Source of the DNA: Octopus bimaculoides
Lineage: Eukaryota
Direction: 5' to 3'
Assembly: GCF_001194135.2 (NCBI RefSeq)
Contig: NC_068989.1
Location: 40,116,213-40,180,212 of the forward strand
Length of the DNA: 64,000 nt
Part shown: positions 50,483 to 61,500 of the stretch, piece after piece
Layout of the letters: the number at the start of each line of letters is the position of its first letter
Numbering within the stretch: position 1 is the first letter of the stretch
The notes under the pieces: generated by a model
The model's input: the letters and a program-made list of their open reading frames with translations, nothing else
Told to the model about the DNA's origin: nothing
Database searches by the model: none
Program-made: the position numbers and the translations under genes

Positions 50483-51270
50483 GCATGGGGCGCTACACCC
50501 TAAAGCAAACGTAAACAGACTGTATATGAAAAGAAAGAATGGTGACAGAGGACTAATTAGTATAGACCATTGTATAATGAGTGAAAGGAGAATGCTTGCC
50601 GAGTATTTGTTAGTGATGAAGACCTGCTACAATATGCCGCGAAAGATATAGGTGTAAATGCAGATGAAATGATGGGCAAGACAGAGTTTAACCAAAGAGT
50701 TGAGGAGTCGAGAAAAGAAGACCTTGAAATGAGAATGCTACCAATTCAGTGAAGAATAACATGTATAAAACTTCCGACACTCAGAAATGCAGGCTCTTTG
50801 GAAAATGTGACCCACTTGGTAAGTGGATGTGAGAGCCATGCACAAAAACGGCACCACGATAAAGTGTGTGTGTATCTTCATTGGCTCTTATGCTGTAAAT
50901 ACCGATCTGAAATAACAGAGAACTAGTATGAGCATGTACCAAGAAAAGTTATGCAGGAAGATGGACAAGTAACGACACTCTGGGATTGTGATTTTCAAAC
51001 GGATCATGTAATCGAACACCGTCGGCTGGATGTTGTAATATTGAATAGGAGAGACAAATACTGTCAGACCATTAATATAGCCATACCAAATGACATGAAT
51101 GTTGTGAGTAAAGAGGTTGCAAATGGAAATCCAATGCAAAATTGATGTCTGCCAAAAGCAGCCTTTTGGGGCACAGCGTACATCTTAAAGAAAGTATTAT
51201 CTGTCTGAGGCCCTTGTTGTGATTTGACAGATGACTAAATACACTGGTGTATTTTTACCAACACTGTTAC
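50483..51270 (+). mobile_element. R4/Dong-clade 3' fragment (RT thumb, CCHC remnant, RLE), internally deleted
   Basis: HGALHPKANVNRLYMKRKNGDRGLISI; KCRLFGKCDPL; RHHDKVC; TLWDCDFQTDHVIEHRRLDVVI...NIAIPND; KAAFWGTAYILKKVLSV*. Confidence 0.8.
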
Positions 51271-51933
51271 GAAGGAAAAAAATATAATGACCGGTCAACA
51301 TCATCATGTTAAAGGGGTCATTACAAAGACAAGTTAAATATAGTGTAGGTATTTATATGCAGTGTTACTAAGATGAAAAAACATTAATCATACGGAAATA
51401 TATATTATAGCTGAGTTCATAATCTATTTATGTGTGTGAGTGTACTGAAAAATCTTTCTAGTAATGTCTCTTAAACATAACATACTCAGCTTATTTTAAC
51501 CTCCAGTCATTTCTAGTGTTTGGGATATTGAAAACAGAACACTTTTCTTTTTGACTTTTTACATAAACACGACAACGAAATGTTAAAAACAAAATTCATA
51601 ACTGAGGTGCAATTCATGAAAATATATGAAAAATAAAGAATGGGATGAAAATAAAGCAACAAAATGTTTGAGAAATACCTTTACAAGTAAAAAGTAGTAC
51701 GAAACTCGAGGTGAAATTAGAAATAGGAGCTGGAAGACAAAATATAGAAAAAAAATTGAGAGAGACAGGGATGTATGAGTAGTACGGTTTGGATGAAGCA
51801 AATGACAGTAGCCTACATAGTCTAACTTGCTGTTGGAACCATAAGTATATTTATATTCGTTACCTAAGTATATATACATACATATACATACATACATACA
51901 AACATACATATAAATAAATATATATTGTAGCAG

Positions 51934-51977
<44 letters not shown>

Positions 51978-52904
51978 CAGCAACATGACGTAATAGTCGT
52001 CGGCTGTCTTTTGTTTATAAATGTCTTACGCTTTTTCAGTGGTCAATTTTACTGTTCATACACCGATTCTTGTCTCGATGAAGATGTTCTTTTTAACGGA
52101 GAAAGGCGTCTAGAATCGGATTTATGGAAGTTACTTAAACCCAGATTTTTGGGAAACTATTTAGTGACACGTTGTTGTCACACGGGACCTTGTCACTCAC
52201 TTCTGCATTGCTATTTGCATTATTCATTCTTCATGAACTTATGTCATGCTATTCCTCAACCTGTTAGTGTAATTTAAAGAACTAGCTAAATAAATTTATC
52301 CTGTCATCCTTCTCGCGACAGACGCCTTTTTAAAATGTTTACTTCATATATAATATGTACTACAATTTTTCATCATGATTATGTCGTGATGAATTTGCTG
52401 TTTATATTTTGACTACTTTCTGTAAATAGACGATTGCTGTTAAATCCAGTCCGTTCCTCTCTTTTGTATAATGTGTTCGAACTCTTATCGCATGTTAGTA
52501 AGAAAAAAATGAATTAGTTTAAGATTAATTTGCATGCACCCCTATGGAGATATACTCAAGCCTTTGTCAACGTGAGAAAATACAATCAACCCAGTATGAT
52601 GAAACTAAATAACATTTCCAGAATAAGCATGACTTCATAATTTTACTTCCACAGATATTTTCATCTTGCTATCGAACACACTCTCGTATCCTATTTTAAC
52701 TGTTAAATAACTGTGCTAGTGAAAAGCCGATGTTCTTCAACATACATGCTGAACGCGACTAAGAGTGTAAATTACATACATATGTTCTGCATGCACTTCC
52801 AAATTCCTCGCAACTAGGTCAGTAAGACACAGCGACGTTTACCGATATGTATTTACATATGTACGTATAAGTACAATCAAATCTATATACACGATCATAA
52901 TTTA

Positions 52905-53165
52905 TAACCTCTCAAAACGTAAAATCGAATCTCGCTTGAAAAGATTTCAGTACGTTGAGGAAATCAAAGTGAATGCGACAAGGCAGCTGCTGATTATCCT
53001 AGAAAACGAGTTCCAGGAATGCTTCCATCAATGGAAACAGCGCTGGATTAAGTGCGTGACTTCCGAAGGGGACTACTGTGAAGGAGAATAAATGCCAAAT
53101 TGGTAGGTTTTGTAGGTTTTGATTTTTATGGCACTAGTCAGGATACTTATTCATGAGACCTCGCA
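52905..53165 (+). mobile_element. mariner 3' fragment with TIR
   Basis: KRFQYVEEIKVNATRQL...EFQECFHQWKQRWIKCVTSEGDYCEGE*, then CAGGATACTTATTCATGAGACCTCG, similar to the TIR at 537-563. Confidence 0.85.
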
Positions 53166-53877
53166 TCTATGTATGTCTGTGCATAAATATATAAATATAC
53201 ATACATATATATGCACACACACAAGCACACACACGTACACACATACACACACACATATATATGTATGAGCATATAATAAAGAATACAAATGGGTTTAAAA
53301 TTTACGACAGCAGTTTCAATAGAATTTTATTGAGGTATTCATATTTTGCATCACAGTATATAATCCACCATCTTCAGGTAAAGCTTTAAACAGGTATAAA
53401 CATGTATATTAATACCGTGATGGTGAAGAATCCAACCAACATAGTGGATTTAAACAAATAATCTTCGACTTTATAGAGAAATCAGAAGTGGCTATAACGG
53501 GCATGCGAGAAATAAAGACATTGAATGATTTAAAAGCAGTTGTCGGAATTAAGTTTATAACCACACAGTTATGCATGAGGACGAGAAAGAAACGCAAAAG
53601 GTTGTAGCGAAGATACGTCCTTCGGGTTAGGACCAGGAATATGTCTTGACAGTTAAGTGAGATATAAGAATGGAAAACTCAGCGCAGCAGGAAGTCATAA
53701 AACTGTCATCGTCTTTTCACGCACCTACACAAACACACATACAGAGGAACACACATTCATATACATACACACAGACGCACACACTGATATACATACACAC
53801 ACATATATGCACAGACACAAACGCATTTGTATCCATATATACATACACATATATACCTATACACCCGCATACATACC

Positions 53878-53938
<61 letters not shown>

Positions 53939-54071
53939 GCACACGTACACATACACACGTACATAAACATATACACACACATTAGTTTCGAGTATATGGG
54001 GCATATCCCATAGGCACCAAACTGTATGTAATGCAGAGCTGTGTTAAATTGCTATTCATTACATATAATCC

Positions 54072-54243
54072 CAAGCTAGCAGAATCATTAGTACGCTGGA
54101 TAAAATACTTAGTGTCATTCCTTCTGTTCGTAATTTCTGAGTTCAAATTCCACCGAAGTCGACTTTGCCTTTCATCGTCCCGGTGTCGATAAAGTAAATA
54201 CCATTCGAACACTGGAGTTGATGCAATCGACTTCCCCTTCCAC
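54072..54243 (+). mobile_element. SINE family A
   Basis: AGCTAGCAGAATCATTAG...TCTGAGTTCAAATTCCACCGAAGTCGACTTTGCCTTTCATC...GATGCAATCGACTTCCCC. Confidence 0.8.
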
Positions 54244-55201
54244 CTAAAGAGATAACTAAAAAGTTCTGGGACATGATGTGATGTAGGCAGAACGGAATCT
54301 ACATGTAAACGAACATCAAGTACATAGTGCGCTAACGGGAAACTTTACACAGCTATACAGCGCTCACTTCAAGAGTCATTAAGATAAAACAATACATTAA
54401 TCATTATTATGGTTGTTTGCTGTGCGGAAAATAAAATCACATACATTGAAATATTACAACGAATATTGCCAGTAATTAGTTAAATTAGCGAGAAGTGTTA
54501 TTTAAAATTTTGTTTTAAGCCAGACGCACTCTAATGATTTACATAAAACTTAAGGGGAGACAGATGTACTTTATTTTTATTCTACTCAGTGTTAGACAAC
54601 AACACAGTGATCTCATTTTTAAGTAGCTAATGGAAGTGTAAGAAATGATTTAACTTATTTTCGCATTTATATCCGACAAAAATACAACAATAAAAATATA
54701 TACAAACAAATGAAATTAATATTAAAATACGAAAATATTGCATATTTATATTTTCTTCATATTACAAGAAAAAATTTGATCTTGTTATAATAGGCTTTTT
54801 TTTCTAATGTGTGTGTTCAAGAATTACTGTCAAAAAAAAATTGAAGGATTAAAAATATACAGGTGCACATATCACTTCATATCTGCATACATTAATATAC
54901 AACTTAATACATATGTACAAAGCTTGTAAATTACAATTTTCATTTTAGATTGATGAAATTTAATGTGGGACACGTCATTTGAAGGAGAATAACATGATTT
55001 TCTGAAAATTTATGTTTTAAAAATATTCTCTAGTGTGAAGCATTGCCAACGACTTCATAATATGCTAAAAGAACATAAAAATAACTCATTTTCAGAATGA
55101 CGACAATAAAAATATTTTCCCCACAAAATAAGATATATGTGCGACTAAAATCATATTTTAGAGCGTATATATATTTGTAATTCCTAATAATAATAATAAT
55201 G

Positions 55202-55246
<45 letters not shown>

Positions 55247-55248
<2 letters not shown>

Positions 55249-56510
55249 AATTAAAAAAAGAGTGCCATTTGCTATCTTGTGAACAATATTTCGACATCTC
55301 GCGTGTCTTCCACTGGTTCAAAAAATAAATTTGTCAATCTACTTCATTTTGGTTAATATAGAAAGGATTGAGGTAACTCCCCCTGAAGATATAGAGTCAA
55401 AATTAAAAGAAGAGTGCCATTTGCTATCTTGTGAACAATATTTCGACATCTCGCGAGTCTTCCACTGGTTCAAAAAATAATTTTGACTCTATATNNNNNN
55501 NNNNNNNNNNNNNNNNNNNNNNNNNNNNNNNNNNNNNNNNNNNNNNNNNNNNNNNNNNNNNNNNNNNNNNNNNNNNNNNNNNNNNNNNNNNNNNNNNNNN
55601 NNNNNNNNNNNNNNNNNNNNNNNNNNNNNNNNNNNNNNNNNNNNNNNNNNNNNNNNNNNNNNNNNNNNNNNNNNNNNNNNNNNNNNNNNNNNNNNNNNNN
55701 NNNNNNNNNNNNNNNNNNNNNNNNNNNNNNNNNNNNNNNNNNNNNNNNNNNNNNNNNNNNNNNNNNNNNNNNNNNNNNNNNNNNNNNNNNNNNNNNNNNN
55801 NNNNNNNNNNNNNNNNNNNNNNNNNNNNNNNNNNNNNNNNNNNNNNNNNNNNNNNNNNNNNNNNNNNNNNNNNNNNNNNNNNNNNNNNNNNNNNNNNNNN
55901 NNNNNNNNNNNNNNNNNNNNNNNNNNNNNNNNNNNNNNNNNNNNNNNNNNNNNNNNNNNNNNNNNNNNNNNNNNNNNNNNNNNNNNNNNNNNNNNNNNNN
56001 NNNNNNNNNNNNNNNNNNNNNNNNNNNNNNNNNNNNNNNNNNNNNNNNNNNNNNNNNNNNNNNNNNNNNNNNNNNNNNNNNNNNNNNNNNNTTGAACCAG
56101 TGGAAGACACGCGAGATGTCGAAATATTGTTCACAAGATAGCAAATGGCACTCTTCTTTTAATTTTGACTCTATATCTTCAGGATGAGTTACCACAATCC
56201 TTTCTATATTAACCAAAATGAAGTAGATTGACAAATTTATTTTTTGAACCAGTGGAAGACACGCGAGATGTCGAAATATTGTTCACAAGATAACAAGTGG
56301 CACTCTTCTTTTAATTTTGACTCTATATCTTCAGGAGGAGTTACCTCAATCCTTTCTGTATTAACCAAAATGAAGTAGATTGACAAATTATTTTTTGAAC
56401 CCGTGGAAGACACGCGAGATGTCGAAATAGTGTTCACAAGATAGCAAATGGCACTCTTCTTTTAATTTTAACTCTATATCTTCAGGAGGAGTTACCGCAA
56501 TCCTTTCTAT
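55247..56510. repeat. 152-bp tandem satellite, inverted internally, bounded by (ATT)n on both sides, gap 55495-56091
   Basis: GAGTGCCATT at 55260 and 55412 (period 152). Reverse-complement units TTGAACC at 56092, 56244 and 56395. Confidence 0.92.
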
Positions 56511-56528
56511 ATTATTATTATTATTATT

Positions 56529-58946
56529 CAGCAATCTTATTTTTATGACTTGCTTTCATTGCACTACCGAGCGTAGCTCTGTATGCTTTGGGTATGTGTT
56601 GTGGTTCGTTGTGATGCTCTTATTTTTATTTTATTGAAAGTGTTTTACGCAGGATGTGTGCGATGCCTAGTAGTGCTCTTTTCTGTATCTTTTATCTACT
56701 TGTTAGTCCTGGTGTTTTTGTTATGGATTTGTTTGAATATTGTTTTTTATCATACCTAATGCGCCTACTATGATAGGAATTGTTTCTGTTTTTAAACTCC
56801 GCATTCAAGTTACCTATATTTCCAGGTCATTGTATTTTGAAAGTTGCTCTGTTCCTTTTAGGGAAATATTGTCATCTGTTGGTACTGATACATCGATTAG
56901 AAAGCATTCTTTTTCTTGGTTATCTCTGATAACTATATTCGGCCTATTGGCCTTCATTTCTCTATGTGTATTGGCACATCCCATAGTATGAATGGTTTCT
57001 CATTTTCTGGCGTATGACTATACCATCTTTTTTCTGTTGTTACTCCATAGTGTTGACATATGTTCCAGTGGATATAGGTCCCAACACTGTCATGTCTGTG
57101 AATATATTCCTCCATAGCTAGGATTGGGAAGCCACAGACAATATGGGTTATTGTTTCTTGTCCGTATTCCTTTCCATTACGTATTTTTGGTAATTTTTGG
57201 TGGGAAGGCTTTGGTCATATGTTGCAATTAAAAATCTTCCAGTCTATTCTTTGAGTCTTGAGCTTCTCAGCTATTGTTCGGATTTTGCTTTGTCTATTTC
57301 TTTTACGTTTAGTTTAACCCAGTATTTGTCATAAAGGGGTTTTTCTTGCCATCGATTTATCATGATCCGTTTCTGTTTCAGTTTTTGTTTCGATTTCAGT
57401 TGTTTTACAGCTTTTGTCATTTCTTCATTTTCTTCATAGTTGTTAGGTGCTATGATTTTTGTTTTGTATTTATCAGCTTCCTTAAAGACGGAAACAGTGT
57501 TTTGTTTTGTTTGTGTTTTGTGGTTATTTGTATTAGTTTTCCCTGCTTCTGAAATAGCTATGTCTGTAGTCGTATGGTGGTTATTTTGTAATATCTTTCT
57601 ACCTGTATAAAGCCTCTACCACCTTCGATAAGTTGTATATATAATCTTTCTATGTAAGATTTTGTGCGGTGCATCCTAAATGCTGTCATTACCATTCTTG
57701 TTTTTCGGTCTATTTTGATTAGTTCATTTCGAGTCCAGTTAAGAATAATGCAATCGTAAATTATAATTGGAACGGCTAGAGTGTTCATACCCATTATCTT
57801 GTTTTCGCATTGAGCTGTATTCCCTATTAATCTAACTCGTCTATAGTATCCTTTTCTTATTTTCTCTTTCAATTGTGCGTGTTGTATCGTATCTAGTTCA
57901 TTGATTCCTAAGTATTTGTATGTCTGGATTTGGTCTAGTTATCCTATTTCATTTGCTTTATCTAATGTGATGTTGCTACTCTTAATTAGTTTTCCTCTTT
58001 TCAAGGTTGTTTTGGCACATTTTCTGAGCCAAATTTCATGTTTATTTCTTTGGTAAATCCATGTACTGCCTGTAGTAATATTTCCAGCTTTTTTATCATT
58101 TGAACGTATAGTTTTCGATTCATCCGTATACAAGAAATGACTGATTGTTTTGCCTTAACAGTTGTACCCACTTCCAGTTCTGTTTAATATGTCAGATAAA
58201 TGTGTCAGTGCCAAGCAGATACGGAGCGCAGAGACTGCGTTTCCCTTGAAATTTCCTCTTCTAATGGGGATGGCTTTGGTTTTTATAAGTCTCTCTTTTG
58301 CCTGGAGATGTAGCACTATGCCATTTATTCATGGAATGTTTGATATATTTTATGATTATTGGTGCTACCTTTTTGTGGTTAGTGTGTCTGGGATCCATGC
58401 GTAGGGAACACTATCAAACGCCTTTCGGTAATCGACCCAGGCTATACTTAGACCCTTCTTTCTGCGGCTGTCTTCAGCTATGACATTATTGATCATTAAC
58501 TGATCTTTACAGCCGTATGAGCCCTTGCAGCATCCGTTCTGCTCTTCTGGAAACAGGTTGTTTTCTTCTAGATGCACGCTCATTTTCTGCGATATTATTG
58601 CTGTAAAGGCTTTCAAAATTTTAGGGATACAAGTTATCGGTCTGTCATCTTGTGGGTTTGCCGTTTCAGTGGATTTGGGAATTAGGATAGTTTTCCCTTC
58701 CGTGAGCCATTCAAGCATTGTGTCTCGCTCTGTTAGTATTTCATTAAATTTCTCAGCCAGCATTTTATGCGTTCCTGTTAGGTAGGTATTTTAACCAGAA
58801 GCTGGGGATCTTGTTGCGCCTGGGTGCCTTTCACTTGCTTAGTTTTTGCAGTGTCTGGTTGAGCTCTTCAATTCAGGTGTTGTGCTCGTTGTTTTCATAT
58901 ACCTCTTCTGAGGTTGTTCCTTCCACCACCATATTTCTTTCCAAAA
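56529..58946 (-). mobile_element. R4/Dong-clade non-LTR retrotransposon, 5'-truncated, degenerate
   Basis: KAPRRNKIPSFWLKY; WLTEGKTILIPKS; EEQNGCCKGSYGCKDQLMIN; AWVDYRKAFDSVP; QTYKYLG; IERLYI...GGRGFIQ; WDVPIHTDREMKANRPNIV; IQKRALLGIAHILRKTLSIK*. Flanked by (AAT)n at both ends. Confidence 0.9.
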
Positions 58947-58954
58947 TATTATTA

Positions 58955-59007
<53 letters not shown>

Positions 59008-59562
59008 GAGTGAGAGAGCAGTACATGCCATCAAAGTGAGACTGGGGTAAAATATACGAAGCCCAGTATACCCATCATAACTACCCGTCTGATAAGGGTA
59101 CACCAGACACATGCATCACAACCATATGTGCGTGACATGGTGATTTCGTATCAAGATTAACAGGGCATGACCTTGCAGGTGGGACCCAGTTAGAATTGTC
59201 TTCAGGTTGAGTAGCCCATCCCGCTCAAAAGGTCCCTGAATAAGGTTTGTTTAAAGATGTTGAGCAAAACACCCATGTTTCTAAGGGTGAATTATTCAAG
59301 CCCCAAAGAATTCCTCTCAAGACATTGCTATGATGTTCCCCACTACTTCTGCTCATGATCAGAGATACACATATCGCCAGCCACCAAGGGACATGCTCAA
59401 CTGGTTAAGGTCAAACAACTGACAAGCACATTTGTGGTATTAAGCAGAATATTTGCTGTAGCCCATCTTTTATACCTAGACAAAACAATGTACATGATAA
59501 CATTTCCAATCAATTAAGATCAGAAACCATGAGAGCCACTGCCTGGTACTGTATCCGAGCAT
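59008..59562 (-). mobile_element. ~555-bp non-coding interspersed element E inside (AAT)n
   Basis: Bounded by (ATT)n at 58947-59007 and 59563-59617. Second copy at 33965-34163. No long ORF and no obvious tRNA head; minus-strand 3' end is ...ACTGCTCTCTCACTC-(AAT)n. Confidence 0.75.
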
Positions 59563-59571
59563 TTATTATTA

Positions 59572-59617
<46 letters not shown>

Positions 59618-59632
59618 CATCCTCATCACCAC

Positions 59633-60215
59633 CTGTTTTCAAAAAGGCTCGCTTCAAGAGTTGCATTCCATCGCGTTCAGTACAATGTGCTTATTATGGT
59701 AGTTTTGACTTTAGGAGTCCTTCCTAGCGTGAGGCATTTATGTATAGCAATGCCCTTAATATAAATGAATATATTTAAAGGGAATAATTAATAAATTTTT
59801 CCCTTATGAGGTTTTTCAAGCTAACTGATGAATTCTTATAAAGATTTTATCCTATTTTGAAATCGTAATTTTAACCGGAATATATTCAGTGCTGACTTTT
59901 AATCTGAATAAACACGTGTACCGAGATGCAATTCGAAAAGCCCGCCTCTAAAATTTATATATATGTGTGAACAATTCTATGTACTATGCTGGATGCATTT
60001 GGTGTTTGTCTGGTATGTTGATTTTTTGTTCATTTTTATGTGTCTTGATTATGCCTGCACTGACGATTAAAAGTGCATTTTGTGCGCTAATTATGAAATC
60101 ATATGATGTGCGGCTGAATCTGTTTTTAAAGGCTCACTTCGAGAGTTGCATTCCTTTGCGTTTGCTACAATGTGTTTATTATGGTAGTTTTGACTTTAAG
60201 AGTCCCTCATAGCGT
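59633..60215 (+). repeat. ~95-bp direct repeat at ~485-bp spacing, second copy cut by a gap
   Basis: AAGGCTC.CTTC.AGAGTTGCATTCC...TACAATGTG.TTATTATGGTAGTTTTGACTTTA.GAGTCC at 59644 and 60129. Confidence 0.75.
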
Positions 60216-61000
60216 NNNNNNNNNNNNNNNNNNNNNNNNNNNNNNNNNNNNNNNNNNNNNNNNNNNNNNNNNNNNNNNNNNNNNNNNNNNNNNNNNNNNN
60301 NNNNNNNNNNNNNNNATATACGTATATATGTATATGTATATATGAATTAAAGGAAGGGGAATACAAAATCAAGACATGACAAGCTTATTATATCGTTCAA
60401 ATTATTTTAATGATGAATCGAAGTAAGCATTAGCATTACACTGCTAGATCCCATTTCTGAACTGGATGCATTACTCAACCCGCTTTCGGAACTATCAACT
60501 TAACTAGTATTATACGTAAGACGGTGCATCTTCGCGGAAATATGGATAAACGCTGATACGCTCCGGAACAGGATCAACTTTGATCTTCAGATTTTCTCAA
60601 CATCAAATTTTCTCTCAACATCTCCACATAAATGTTTCTTCCATAAATACCTTGTCTCTGATGACGGAATACTCAGTATATGGAAATATGGATCAACACA
60701 TTGATCCTTTGCCTGGGAAATCCTAGAAACAGCTATAAGACATCATTCTTTACTTTTGCTTACTTCGATTCACCATTAAAATAAACTAAATGATCTGATA
60801 AGCTTGTACTGCTATGATTTCATTTTCCTCTTCCTTCAATTTATATTCTCTGACTCGGAAGTAGGCTACGGATCCCCAACTCCAGCTCCCGTTGTGAACT
60901 TGGATCCTAGTAGCTTACCCATTTGAGCAATCAAACAGCGTACTTATTAGTTTAGATCACCAGTGACCTGAATCATTCATCTCTCTCTCTCTCTCTGTAC

Positions 61001-61036
<36 letters not shown>

Positions 61037-61324
61037 NNNNNNNNNNNNNNNNNNNNNNNNNNNNNNNNNNNNNNNNNNNNNNNNNNNNNNNNNNNNNNNN
61101 NNNNNNNNNNNNNNNNNNNNNNNNNNNNNNNNNNNNNNNNNNNNNNNNNNNNNNNNNNNNNNNNNNNNNNNNNNNNNNNNNNNNNNNNNNNNNNNNNNNN
61201 NNNNNNNNNNNNNNNNNNNNNNNNNNNNNNNNNNNNNNNNNNNNNNNNNNNNNNNNNNNNNNNNNNNNNNNNNNNNNNNNNNNNNNNNNNNNNNNNNNNN
61301 NNNNNNNNNNNNNNNNNNNATATA

Positions 61325-61500
61325 TATGGGAGAATATACAAATAATAACAACAGACGAGGACAGGTGGTGTAAATAACAAAAGTATATATTAGTATGACG
61401 CTCGGGAATACGGAAAGTCTTTGACGTTTCGAGCTACGCTCTTCAACAGAAAGAATACGGAGACAAGGAGAAAAACACGGAGAAAAAAATTGAATAGTGT
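61325..61500 (-). mobile_element. Penelope pseudo-LTR terminus with hammerhead-like motif
   Basis: (TA)n-GGGAGAATATACAAAATAATAACAACAGACGAGGACAGGTGGTGTA...GACGTTTCGAGCTACGCTCTTCAACAGAAAG; homologous to 42958-43100. Confidence 0.65.

Noticed and set aside
18688-61380. Long ORFs containing X runs
   Set aside because: They stay open only because N gaps (18854-19096, 24189-24731, 46215-46390, 48020-48206, 55495-56091, 61037-61319) contain no stops.
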